Shown here: positions 53,167 to 61,883 of the stretch, piece by piece
How positions within the stretch are numbered: the stretch's first letter is position 1
Layout of the letters: each line of letters opens with the position of its first letter
NCBI GenBank assembly: GCA_036012755.1
Contig: DASCPX010000183.1
Span: 15,849 to 79,848, forward strand
Origin: Myxococcota bacterium
Lineage (GTDB): Bacteria; Myxococcota_A; UBA796; CAJQPC01
Reading direction: 5' to 3'
DNA length: 64,000 nucleotides
The notes under the pieces: model-generated
What the model was told of the DNA's origin: nothing
What the model saw: only the letters and a program-made list of their open reading frames with translations
Databases searched by the model: none
Translations under genes and position numbers: made by a program

Positions 53167-53435
53167 TCCTCTGCCGGGTCATCGGCAACGCCGTCGCCAC
53201 CGTGAAGCTGCCGGTCTACGTGGGCCACACGGTGCTGGTCTGCCGCCCGGTGAAGTGGGACGGTGAGACCCCCAACGGCCACGTCTTCCTGGCCAGCGAC
53301 TCGGTCCAGGCGGGCGAGGGCGACCTGGTGCTCTGCGCCCGAGAGGGCAACACGGCGAGGCAGATCCTGGCCGACGACGACTCGCCTGTCCACGCCGTCG
53401 TGGTTGGCATCGTGGACGACATCCACACGGAGTAG
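53163..53435 (+). CDS. microcompartment vertex pentamer (BMC-P) paralogue 3
   Basis: GTG 53163 overlaps the upstream TGA (GTGA). VILCRVIGNAVATVKLPVYVGHTVLVCRP ... AVVVGIVD. Confidence 0.85.
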   Translation: MILCRVIGNAVATVKLPVYVGHTVLVCRPVKWDGETPNGHVFLASDSVQAGEGDLVLCAREGNTARQILADDDSPVHAVVVGIVDDIHTE

Positions 53436-53497
53436 GGTCGGAGGATGCTCCTCCTGCTGGCACCCCAGCGAGGCGGAGTTCTTCGCTCGCTGAGCGG

Positions 53498-54178
53498 TCA
53501 GCGCCGGCCCATGAAGATCCGCAGCACGTACCAGAACAACATCGCCACGCTGGCGAAGAGGGAGAGCGAGGCCGAGACGTAGCGGTCCCGCGGGTAGCGG
53601 TGGAGGATGTTGCTCGTGTCGTAGAGGATGGCGGCGCCGGCGAAGACGACCATGCCCACCGAGAACCAGGTCCCCAGCTGGAAGCCGAAGACCACGCTGC
53701 CGACGATGAGCAGGATCACCCCCACGCCGATCCAGCGCAGCATCCCTCCCATGAAGGAGAAGTCCTTGCGCGTGGAGATCGCGACGCCGGTCAGCCCCGC
53801 GAAGCCGATCAGCGTCACGAGCGCGGCGCTCTGGATGGCCCCCGGGGCGTAGTGCTCCGCGAGGTAGAGCATCGGGACGAAGATCAGGGCCTCGGCCGTC
53901 ACGAAGGTGGCCAGGGCGAGGTACTGCAGGGGGAGCGGCCTCACCCGGGCCGCCGCGGCGCTGGCGATCCAGCCGACGACCATGAAGGCGCCAAGGACCA
54001 GCAGCCAGCTGACGCTGAGCATCGCGGTGGCGATGGGCTCTGCGAGGCCTGTCCAGAACAGGGCGACCTCGATGAGCGTGAAGGCGATGATGGCGCCGAA
54101 GAGGTGGACGTAGGTCTTGGCGATGAAGGCCGCTCGTGCTTTGACGGAGGCCTGCGCGACAGGGGTGAGAGTAGTCAT
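53498..54178 (-). CDS. Bax inhibitor-1/YccA family membrane protein
   Basis: 226 aa with seven hydrophobic helices. FIAKTYVHLFGAIIAF start and LFASVAMLFWYVLRIF end are typical of the BI-1 family. Confidence 0.9.
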   Translation of the reverse strand: MTTLTPVAQASVKARAAFIAKTYVHLFGAIIAFTLIEVALFWTGLAEPIATAMLSVSWLLVLGAFMVVGWIASAAAARVRPLPLQYLALATFVTAEALIFVPMLYLAEHYAPGAIQSAALVTLIGFAGLTGVAISTRKDFSFMGGMLRWIGVGVILLIVGSVVFGFQLGTWFSVGMVVFAGAAILYDTSNILHRYPRDRYVSASLSLFASVAMLFWYVLRIFMGRR

Positions 54179-54191
54179 GACCGAGAGCTAA

Positions 54192-56102
54192 TCACGGGAG
54201 GCGGTCTCGTCGGTCGGGATTGCAGACTTCGAAGGCCCTCAGCGTCTCCATGTGGGCCATGCCCGACAGCGCGCTGTCCGCCAGGACCACCGCCCGGAGC
54301 GAGTTGTTCTTCATGGACCTGGCGTCCTCTGCGGCCACGACCGCCGCAGCCGCCGCGATCGCCTCGTCGGAGGTCAGCTCTACGAGCGCGGTCTGCCAGG
54401 CCCGCCGGGCGCGGGCGATGCGTCCCTCGCAGTCGAGGTCCTCTGCCTGGACGGGGGCCACGATGTCCTCGACGGCGACCTTCGGTCGAGGCCAGATCCG
54501 GGCGGGCGGGTTGTCCGGGTCGAGGCGGCTCGGGCAGCCGGTCTGGGCCGCGGCTCCGCGGGTGCCTTGGAGCCGCTCGTGCCACCGGTCGAGGTCCTCG
54601 TCGGAGGCCCCCGCCACACGAGCCTCCTCGATGAGGACGGAGTGGAAGGTGCTCATGTGGGGGACGCGCGACCAGGCCAGATCGACTCGGCTGGCGAGAT
54701 CCGTGGGGGGCTCGACGTCACCCTTCGTGAACACCCACCAGGTCTCGCAGCCGTCGTATGGCTCCCATCCGGCTACGCGCAGCGCGGGCTTGGCCCGCCC
54801 GAAGTGGCCGCCGGTGATGTCGACGAAGAGCACGTCGGTGCGCTCGGAGAGCCAGGCGACCCGGTCGCTGGGGTCGTACATGCCGACCAGGCCAGGCTCC
54901 GTGAGGCCGAGGGGATCGACGATGTGGTTGTCGACCACGTAGCCGAAGAGCCCCAGCTCGGAGAACGACAGGCGAGCGTCTTTTGGGGTGTTGGCGACCG
55001 CCCAGGCGGCTGGCCAGGCTCCGAAGGAGTTGTCGTCCCAGCCCCAGTGGATGTGACCCGCGAGCACGCCGGTCTTCTGAGTACGCCGGGTCGATGGCAT
55101 GGGAATGGCCTCGTGGATGGCGAGGTCGCGCACCCGGTCGGTGGGCGCCAGGGCCACGCCCAGCCCGAGGGACAGCGCCAGCACCGGCCAGCGCAGCCGC
55201 CCTCGAGCGCAGAGGGCCAGGCAGATGGCCATTGCCGGCAGCGCCGGCATCAAGAGGCGGAAGTTGTCGAAGATGTCGCCTCCGACGGCCACGCTCATCG
55301 CCAGGTAGGCCAGGGCCACCAGCGCCGGCAGGCTGCGAATCCGCCACAGCACGGCGGCTACGAGGACCACCCCGAGGCCCATCTCCCAGCCGAAGTTCAA
55401 GAGGTACATGACCCCCTTGATCCAGCCGTCGGCCTGCACCTTGACGTGGAAGGTGTTGGGCAGCACCGAGCCGAACAGGACGAGCTTGGTGACCACGAGC
55501 ACGAGCCCGCTGGCGAGCACGATGGCGCCGCCTCGCAGCAGCGTCCGCCGAGGTCCGCGGGTCGCCAGGTGCCAGGCCACGACGATCAGCGGCACCATCA
55601 CCGCGTCCGGGCGGATCCACGGCGCCATGGCCATGGCCATGGAGGCCAGCGGTAGGCCGCCTTCGCGCTCCTTGGGGTAGAAGACCCAGGAGGCGGTGAC
55701 CAACAGCGCCACCACCGGGGTCTCCATGCCCTGCACCGCCCAGAAGGGGAAGAAGGGCACCACCGCCAGGATGCAGGCGGCGACGAGCATCTCGAGGGGA
55801 GTCTTCAGCGCCTGGAGCGCCAGCCCGACCGCCGCCAGCGCACAGATCAGCCCGATGACCCGCGCCGCCCTCAGCCCGTCTCCGTTGGTGAAGGGTGCAA
55901 GGACGAGCGCCCAGCCCAGGTTCGTGATGCCCTCGACGTGCTCGCCCGGGTTGAAGACGAGGCCTTCGCCAGCCCAGAGGTTCCGGGCATAGCGAAGGGT
56001 GATGAAGGTGTCGTCGACCCAGTGGGCCGTGTAGTGCAGCGCGTGCAGCAGGCAGGCACCGACCGCCGCGATCGGAACCAGGGCGCGCCGGGTCCAGCTC
56101 AG
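54192..56102 (-). CDS. GT-C-fold-like polytopic membrane protein (putative glycosyltransferase) with C-terminal soluble domain
   Basis: The N-terminal motif HWVDDTFITLRYARNLWAGEGLVFNPGEHVEGITNLGW is followed by ~10 TM helices. The track start 56249 would overlap the upstream gene by 151 nt in an Arg/Pro-rich off-frame stretch. I propose CTG 56102-56100, overlapping the upstream TGA. The start is uncertain. Confidence 0.6.
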   Translation of the reverse strand: MSWTRRALVPIAAVGACLLHALHYTAHWVDDTFITLRYARNLWAGEGLVFNPGEHVEGITNLGWALVLAPFTNGDGLRAARVIGLICALAAVGLALQALKTPLEMLVAACILAVVPFFPFWAVQGMETPVVALLVTASWVFYPKEREGGLPLASMAMAMAPWIRPDAVMVPLIVVAWHLATRGPRRTLLRGGAIVLASGLVLVVTKLVLFGSVLPNTFHVKVQADGWIKGVMYLLNFGWEMGLGVVLVAAVLWRIRSLPALVALAYLAMSVAVGGDIFDNFRLLMPALPAMAICLALCARGRLRWPVLALSLGLGVALAPTDRVRDLAIHEAIPMPSTRRTQKTGVLAGHIHWGWDDNSFGAWPAAWAVANTPKDARLSFSELGLFGYVVDNHIVDPLGLTEPGLVGMYDPSDRVAWLSERTDVLFVDITGGHFGRAKPALRVAGWEPYDGCETWWVFTKGDVEPPTDLASRVDLAWSRVPHMSTFHSVLIEEARVAGASDEDLDRWHERLQGTRGAAAQTGCPSRLDPDNPPARIWPRPKVAVEDIVAPVQAEDLDCEGRIARARRAWQTALVELTSDEAIAAAAAVVAAEDARSMKNNSLRAVVLADSALSGMAHMETLRAFEVCNPDRRDRLP

Positions 56103-56941
56103 GGCTCGTTGACCCGGTCGAAGAACAGCGCGTGGTCGCGTGAGAAGTCCCCGAAGCCGAGGAAGACCTGCTCCTTGAGTTCTTCGTGCCAGGCGAGGTC
56201 GCAGAACTGGAAGGCTCGGCGCAGGCCCATCACCGCCTGATCGAAGCACTCCGCGTTGGCGCCGCAGCCATGGGCGCTGTGCTTGGAGATCCAGGCGTAG
56301 GCGAGGTGTTCTCCGCCCGCCACCTCGATCTTCGTGCTCCGCAGGTAGGCCACCAGCGCGGGATCGCCGCTGTCGAGGGCCTCGTCGATCAGCGAGAACT
56401 CCCCGTCGGCGAGGACCTCGCTGCCGAGGTGGTAGCCGATGGAGCGGAAGATGTTCGGCAGCGTGTCAGGCGTGTGCGTGCCGTAGCCGATGGCAACTCG
56501 CTGTTGGAGCCCGTCCAGCCACGTGGGGTCCGCCAACGCCGCGTTGATCTTCTCTGTGTCGGTCATCCGGCCGTACTGCAAGATGCCCCGCAGCGTGGCC
56601 TGGGCCAGACATCGGTGGGTGTCCCTGTGCTCCGTGTCGGAGTCGTCGAACTCGTCGCGGGCGGCGTCGAAGAAGAAGCTCGCCACCAGGACGCTGCGGT
56701 CTGACAAGGCCACGATGGGCTCGTCCCGGTCGCGGAAGAGCTCTCGACTGCGGCCGATCTTCGCGGCCAGCGCGGCCACGCCGCTGCCGAAGTAGCCGTT
56801 CCAGCTCGCGTAGCGGGCGACGAAGCGCAGGAGCGAGGCGTGATTGCGCATCGCGCGGCCCAGCGCCCCCGCCACCAGGTCGTTGCTGGCGTCGAAGTCG
56901 AAGCGCTCTCGGAGGTCCTGCCTCTGGAACCGGGTCGTCAT
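56099..56941 (-). CDS. heme-oxygenase-like fold / iron-containing redox enzyme family protein (tentative)
   Basis: 280 aa, all-helical. Candidate metal-ligand segments are AARDEFDDSDTEHRDTH, GYHLGSEVLADGEF and SKHSAHG. The assignment is by eye only. Confidence 0.45.
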   Translation of the reverse strand: MTTRFQRQDLRERFDFDASNDLVAGALGRAMRNHASLLRFVARYASWNGYFGSGVAALAAKIGRSRELFRDRDEPIVALSDRSVLVASFFFDAARDEFDDSDTEHRDTHRCLAQATLRGILQYGRMTDTEKINAALADPTWLDGLQQRVAIGYGTHTPDTLPNIFRSIGYHLGSEVLADGEFSLIDEALDSGDPALVAYLRSTKIEVAGGEHLAYAWISKHSAHGCGANAECFDQAVMGLRRAFQFCDLAWHEELKEQVFLGFGDFSRDHALFFDRVNEP

Positions 56942-57825
56942 CGGACCTTCTGCTTCTTGGCGCGACGCTTCTTGAAGAGGTCCTCCAGCTCCGTGTCGAC
57001 CGCAAAGTCGAGGGCCTCTTCGACGCGCATGCGCTCGACCGCGTCGTCCAGGGCTTCCGTGACGTCCGCGCTGCCGGGGTTCGCGACCACCCGCTGGTAG
57101 ACCTCTTCAAAAGTGTCCGCCATCGACAACATCGCGGCCTCCACGGCGGCGGCCCGGCCCCAAAGCGACTTCCGGCGCTCGAGGATGCGCGTCAGATCGG
57201 CCTGCGCCTTCTGGAGGTGCCTCCTGTCGACGGCGTCGGTGGCCTGGCCCAGCTGGACCTCGATCTCGCCGAGGCGCCGGTTCAAGCCGCGCTCGTCCAC
57301 GTCGTCCCAGCGCTCTCGCATGGCGAGCCACGCCATCCAGAGCCCGAGGAAGTCGACCGAGGCGTCGTCGAGGTCCTCGATGTTGCGACCGGTCAGCTGC
57401 GTGCTGCGCGATCCGGCGATCTGGCGCAGGGAGTCGAGGCGGTCGAGCATCTTGTTGTAGGCGCGCCAGTTCTTGTCGTCCGGCCGCGCCTTGCGCTCCA
57501 GCTCTGCGATGAGGTGGGCGCGAACGGCGGCTCGTCGCTCAGCGCGCTTCTTGCGGTTGACGAACTCCCGGAAGACCGGCGAGGAGGGCACGAAGAGCGC
57601 CGCGATGCCCTCGACGGCGAGGGCGGCGATGATCGGGATGACCCCGACGCCGATGCCCAGTGGGATGCTGAGGACGGCGCCCAGGCCCAGGGCTCCGACC
57701 AGCCCCAGCACGCTCATCTGCGAGGTCACCATCTCCTTGAAGTAGTTGGCGTTGGCCTCCGGGACATCGTCAGCGGCCTGCCAGAGGCGCTTGATGGGGG
57801 CCAGAGGCTTGTTGTGATCGGCCAT
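56938..57825 (-). CDS. membrane protein (two TM helices) with long cytoplasmic coiled coil
   Basis: 295 aa. LGLVGALGLGAVLSIPLGIGVGVIPIIAALAVEGIAALF, then heptad-like charged helices. Both ends overlap neighbouring genes (TGATG, ATGA-type). Confidence 0.55.
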   Translation of the reverse strand: MADHNKPLAPIKRLWQAADDVPEANANYFKEMVTSQMSVLGLVGALGLGAVLSIPLGIGVGVIPIIAALAVEGIAALFVPSSPVFREFVNRKKRAERRAAVRAHLIAELERKARPDDKNWRAYNKMLDRLDSLRQIAGSRSTQLTGRNIEDLDDASVDFLGLWMAWLAMRERWDDVDERGLNRRLGEIEVQLGQATDAVDRRHLQKAQADLTRILERRKSLWGRAAAVEAAMLSMADTFEEVYQRVVANPGSADVTEALDDAVERMRVEEALDFAVDTELEDLFKKRRAKKQKVR

Positions 57826-58634
57826 CAGAGCGAGACCCGCACCTGGCCCTTGCCGCTGGCGTGGAGCTGCTCGAGGATGCGCTCCTCCATCGCCACGGCC
57901 GAACTCGAGCGCTGCCAGTGAGTGCAGCGTGGGCGTGGCTCCTCGATGGTGAAGTCATCCGCGATCTTCGCGGGCTGGGTGGAGAGCACGACGACCCGGT
58001 CCCCGAGCAGGAGCGCCTCTGTGACGTCGTGGGTCACGAAGGCGACGACGCAGGGGTTGGTCTCCAAGAGCGTGCTCAAGAGCTCCTGCATCTCCTCGCG
58101 CGTCTGGGCGTCCAGGGCCCCGAAGGGCTCGTCCATGAGCAGGATGCGTGGCTGGAGCACCAGGGCGCGCGCCAGGGCCACCCGCTGGTTCTGCCCGCCG
58201 GAGAGCTGCGCGGGCCTGAGCTCGGCCTTGTCCGCGAGCCCGACCTGCTCGAGGATGGCCTCGAGGCGGGCCTTCTGCTCGGCCGCCGAGACGCGCTCCT
58301 TCCACAGGCCCAGGCGGAAGGGGAAGGCGACGTTCTCTCGCACGCTCAAATCCGGCCTGTTCGCGTAGCGCTGGAAGACCATCACCGCGTCGTCGTGGGG
58401 ACCCACGCAGGCCTCGCCGTCGATGAGGACCTCTCCAGAGGTGGGGGTCACGACGTTCAGCGGTCGGACGCCGCCCATCATGCGGAGGATGGTGGACTTT
58501 CCGCAGCCCGAAGGCCCCAGGATCATGGTGATGCCCGGCCCCTCGAGCTTCAGGCTGATGCCGTCGACCACGCGCAGGATGCCGCCCTCCGGCTTCGGGT
58601 ACTCCTGGACGACGTCGCACAGCTCGACGCTCAC
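57825..58634 (-). CDS. ABC transporter ATP-binding protein, NitT/TauT (nitrate/sulfonate/taurine/bicarbonate) type
   Basis: GTG 58634 overlaps the upstream TGA. Motifs: GPSGCGKST, VFQRYANRPDLSVRENV, LSGGQNQR, ILLMDEPFGALD, VTHD. Confidence 0.9.
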   Translation of the reverse strand: MSVELCDVVQEYPKPEGGILRVVDGISLKLEGPGITMILGPSGCGKSTILRMMGGVRPLNVVTPTSGEVLIDGEACVGPHDDAVMVFQRYANRPDLSVRENVAFPFRLGLWKERVSAAEQKARLEAILEQVGLADKAELRPAQLSGGQNQRVALARALVLQPRILLMDEPFGALDAQTREEMQELLSTLLETNPCVVAFVTHDVTEALLLGDRVVVLSTQPAKIADDFTIEEPRPRCTHWQRSSSAVAMEERILEQLHASGKGQVRVSL

Positions 58635-59422
58635 GTGACCTCCCAGTCGTAGAAGCGCTTCTTGACCGCGGTCATGGCCGTGAAGGTCACGAGCGCCAGG
58701 CCGATGATGACGAAGATGCTCGCAAAGACCTGGTCCATCGCGGAGAACCGTCGGGCGTGGGACATCAGTTGCCCGAGGCCGACCTCTGCGTTCACGTACT
58801 CGGCGACCGTGATGTAGGTCCACTCGATGCTGACCGCGACGATGACCGCGTCCGCGATGCGCGGCATGGCCATCGGCACGACCGCGTGGCGGATGGACTC
58901 CCAGGGCGTCGCCCCGAGGTCCCTGGCCGAGATGTAGTAGGTGCTCGGTACCGCCCGGACCGCGTCGCGCACCATCGGGATGAGGTAGACGACCGCGCCC
59001 AGGAAGAGGAAGGTGATCTTCATCGACTCCTGGATCCCCAGCCACATCACGAGGATGGGCAGGACCGCCACGATGGGTGCGGAGCGAAAGGGGTCGACCA
59101 GCGGGGAGAGCGCCGCGTTCACGCGGGTCGAGGCGCCCATCAGGATGCCGATGGGAACGCCGATCGCGACGAGCAGGAGCCCCGCTACCGCCACCCGGGA
59201 CAGCGACGCAGCTGTCGCCCGACCGAGGGGGGACTCGCCCTTTTCGGGGTTCCAGGCGAGGTTCACGAAGGCCTCTGCGACCTCCCACGGAGCCGGCAGC
59301 TTGTTGGCCTCTACGAGTCCGGCGCCGCTCAGGACGCACCAGACGGCGATGACCGTGGCCACCGCCGCGACGCCGAGGATGCGCCTCGTCTTGGCGTCGA
59401 GGACGTCGTAGGGGTTCCACAT
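58631..59422 (-). CDS. ABC transporter permease, NitT/TauT type
   Basis: 263 aa, six helices, EAA-loop-like ARDLGATPWESIRHAVVPMAMP. Confidence 0.9.
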   Translation of the reverse strand: MWNPYDVLDAKTRRILGVAAVATVIAVWCVLSGAGLVEANKLPAPWEVAEAFVNLAWNPEKGESPLGRATAASLSRVAVAGLLLVAIGVPIGILMGASTRVNAALSPLVDPFRSAPIVAVLPILVMWLGIQESMKITFLFLGAVVYLIPMVRDAVRAVPSTYYISARDLGATPWESIRHAVVPMAMPRIADAVIVAVSIEWTYITVAEYVNAEVGLGQLMSHARRFSAMDQVFASIFVIIGLALVTFTAMTAVKKRFYDWEVT

Positions 59423-59428
59423 CCGGGC

Positions 59429-61069
59429 TCAGCCCCGGCTGTGGATTGCCAGACGGGTGGTCCGGTTGGCTGAGCGGCAGTCCTCGAGAGACAGCTCCTC
59501 GGCGGCGGGGTTGGACTCGTCGCAGATCGGCTTGTCGGGTCCGTACCCGACGACGACGAAGCGCTCGCGCGGGAACTCCCACTGCAGGACCAGGTAGTCG
59601 ACCACGACGGCGGCCCGCTTGCCGGAGAGGGTCATGTTCGTGCCGCGCGAGCCGGTCGAGTCCGTGTTGCCGCTGACCTCGAAGTAGGCGGCGCCGTTGT
59701 TCTCGATGAGGGGGACCATCTCGTCGTCGATGATCTGCTCGCTGCGCTTGGTGAGCTCGGCGCTGCCGGTAGCGAAGTTGATCGTGATGGGCTTGGTGAG
59801 CTGGGCCTGGCGGGCGTGGGCCTCGTCACGCTCCTTCTCGGTGAAGACGAACTGCGGCTTGGCGGCCGCGGCCTTCGCAGCGGCGTCCTCGGCGAGGAGC
59901 TTCTGGACGTACTTGTACTCGAAGCTGTCCTGCGGGTTGATGACCGGCGAGTTGGGGTTCGCCAGCGCTCCGGCTCCCCGGTAGATGCCGTCGAAGCGCT
60001 TGTAGACGCGCTCGTAGTGGTTCGTGCCTCCGGCCATGCCGAGGATGCGGGCGTTGTCCTCGAGCCCGGTCCAGACGATGCCGTCGAAGAGGCCCTTCAC
60101 GAAGGCGTCGCCCTCTTCGCGGGCGAGCAGGTCGAAGAACTCCTCTGTCTCCCGCAGCGCGCGGACGGCGTTGTCCGGGTCGGACTCGGCGGCGGTGACG
60201 CCCTCGAGCCAGCCCTGCACGAAGCCCTGGAAGGCTGCGTCGTTGGCCGGGTCGTCGAGGTGTCGCGTGTCGCAGACGATGACGTCGTAGACCAGGTTCG
60301 TGGCGGTGGCCGTCGAGTAGATGACGTGGGCGCCGTCGATGCCCGTGGCGGCCAGGGACAGGTCCGGATCCCAGAGGGCGGCGGCGTCGGCGTTGCCGGA
60401 CTCCAGCGCGGCTCTCACGCCGGCGAGGCCTTCGTCGGGGTTCACGTAGATGAACTTGATCGAGTTCTTCTTGCGCGCCGTCAGGGAGCTGTTGTCGATG
60501 GCGTCGATGACCATTCCGTCCGAGGGCGTGTACTGCAACAGGGCGATGGACTTGCCGGCGAGGTCCTCGATGGAGTTGACCTTTGGATCGGTCGCGATGA
60601 CCGCGTCGGCCCCCTGGGTGTTGTCGACGACGACGACGGCCTTGGCGTCGAGCCCTGCGTTGCGGAGGTTCGGGTGCTCCTGGGCCCAGAAGTCGCTGGT
60701 ACGCCAGGAACAGTGTGCCGTCTTGCTGGTGAAGATCGTGGACAGCGTCGGGATGTCGTCCTGGATGACGAGCTCCACGTTCACGCCGGCCTTGTCGAAG
60801 ATGGAGCCGGGCTGGGTCGTCAGCGAGTTCCCGTTGGCGACCAGCGCCGGGGCGTAGCCGTGGAAGGAGACGATCGACACCTTGAGCGGGTTGCTCTTGG
60901 TCCCGAGCGCTCCACCGTCCCCGCCGAAGGTCGGCACGCTGGGGTCGCCCTCTGAGAGGGGGTCGACCTCGCCCGGGTCGGAGAACCCGAGGTGGTAGAT
61001 GGCGGCGCCTGCTACGGCGATGATGGCGAATGCGATGAGTCCCTTGGACAACGGCGTCAGCTTGGCCAT
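59429..61069 (-). CDS. ABC substrate-binding protein (NMT1/SsuA/TauA-like) fused to a C-terminal OmpA/MotB peptidoglycan-binding domain
   Basis: N-terminal anchor LIAFAIIAVAGAAIY. The periplasmic binding-protein region runs to about residue 400. Then comes an Ala/Lys linker and ITINFATGSAELT...VSGNTDSTGSRGTNMTLSGKRAAVVVDYLV...VVGYGPDKPI...NRTTRL, the OmpA-like motif set. Confidence 0.75.
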   Translation of the reverse strand: MAKLTPLSKGLIAFAIIAVAGAAIYHLGFSDPGEVDPLSEGDPSVPTFGGDGGALGTKSNPLKVSIVSFHGYAPALVANGNSLTTQPGSIFDKAGVNVELVIQDDIPTLSTIFTSKTAHCSWRTSDFWAQEHPNLRNAGLDAKAVVVVDNTQGADAVIATDPKVNSIEDLAGKSIALLQYTPSDGMVIDAIDNSSLTARKKNSIKFIYVNPDEGLAGVRAALESGNADAAALWDPDLSLAATGIDGAHVIYSTATATNLVYDVIVCDTRHLDDPANDAAFQGFVQGWLEGVTAAESDPDNAVRALRETEEFFDLLAREEGDAFVKGLFDGIVWTGLEDNARILGMAGGTNHYERVYKRFDGIYRGAGALANPNSPVINPQDSFEYKYVQKLLAEDAAAKAAAAKPQFVFTEKERDEAHARQAQLTKPITINFATGSAELTKRSEQIIDDEMVPLIENNGAAYFEVSGNTDSTGSRGTNMTLSGKRAAVVVDYLVLQWEFPRERFVVVGYGPDKPICDESNPAAEELSLEDCRSANRTTRLAIHSRG

Positions 61070-61071
61070 GT

Positions 61072-61806
61072 TCAGCTCTCCTGGGGGAATGTGACGTTCA
61101 GGGTCTTCAGGCGATCGATCTCCGCCTCGTAGCGGGCTCGTTCCTGAGTGCAGATGTTGCGTGTCTCGGCGAGGCGGACGTTGACCTGCGCCTTGGCGTC
61201 GGCCACGTCCTGCAGCTCCTGGGCGAGCAGGGCCTCGAGGTCCGCGATCTGCTTGCGGATCTCTGTCGAGGCCTTCTCCTTGTACTGGTCTTGCGAGCTC
61301 AGATCGTCGGCCGCCTTGGTCTCTGCTTCCGCGACGGTCGCGTCGAGCTCGGCCTGGGCGGTGCGCAGGGCCTCCATCTTGCGGTCGGCGTCGAGCAGGG
61401 GGTCGCTGATGGTCCAGGTCGGCTCCGCGGTGTCCATCGCGAGGATCGCCGCCTTGCGTGCTGCCGGGTCCAGCGCCTTCATCGCGTCCAGGATCGTGAG
61501 CAGCTTCTCCGCCGGATATGGCGAGCCGGTGACACCCAGGCGGTCGTAGACCTGGTCCAGCGGCACGCCGGACTGCACGTCGACGAGGGGCTCGACGTGG
61601 ACAGGCGGGGGCTCCGGGGGTTCCAGAGCCGGGTCGGTGTCCGCCTCGAGGTCCACCTCGCCGCTCTCCAGCGCGCGGGACTCAGCCAGGATGCGCTCGA
61701 TCTCCTCCGGATCGGCGGGGCCAGCGCCTCCACCGACCCGCTCGCGCTCGGCGTCGGTCAAGTCGACCAGCCCAGCTTTCGCCAGGGCCTTCAACCATCT
61801 GCTCAT
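61072..61806 (-). CDS. hypothetical coiled-coil protein
   Basis: 244 aa. N-terminal MSRWLKALAKAGLVDL, an acidic Pro-rich linker, and a C-terminal ~100-aa coiled coil. It is the first gene of the seven-gene string. Confidence 0.55.
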   Translation of the reverse strand: MSRWLKALAKAGLVDLTDAERERVGGGAGPADPEEIERILAESRALESGEVDLEADTDPALEPPEPPPVHVEPLVDVQSGVPLDQVYDRLGVTGSPYPAEKLLTILDAMKALDPAARKAAILAMDTAEPTWTISDPLLDADRKMEALRTAQAELDATVAEAETKAADDLSSQDQYKEKASTEIRKQIADLEALLAQELQDVADAKAQVNVRLAETRNICTQERARYEAEIDRLKTLNVTFPQES

Positions 61807-61883
61807 CGGGAACCTCTAGGCGTCCTCGCCCGTCTTTCGGGCGCTCCAAACCCCTTATTGCCAGGGCTGCCCCGCGGCCACGG

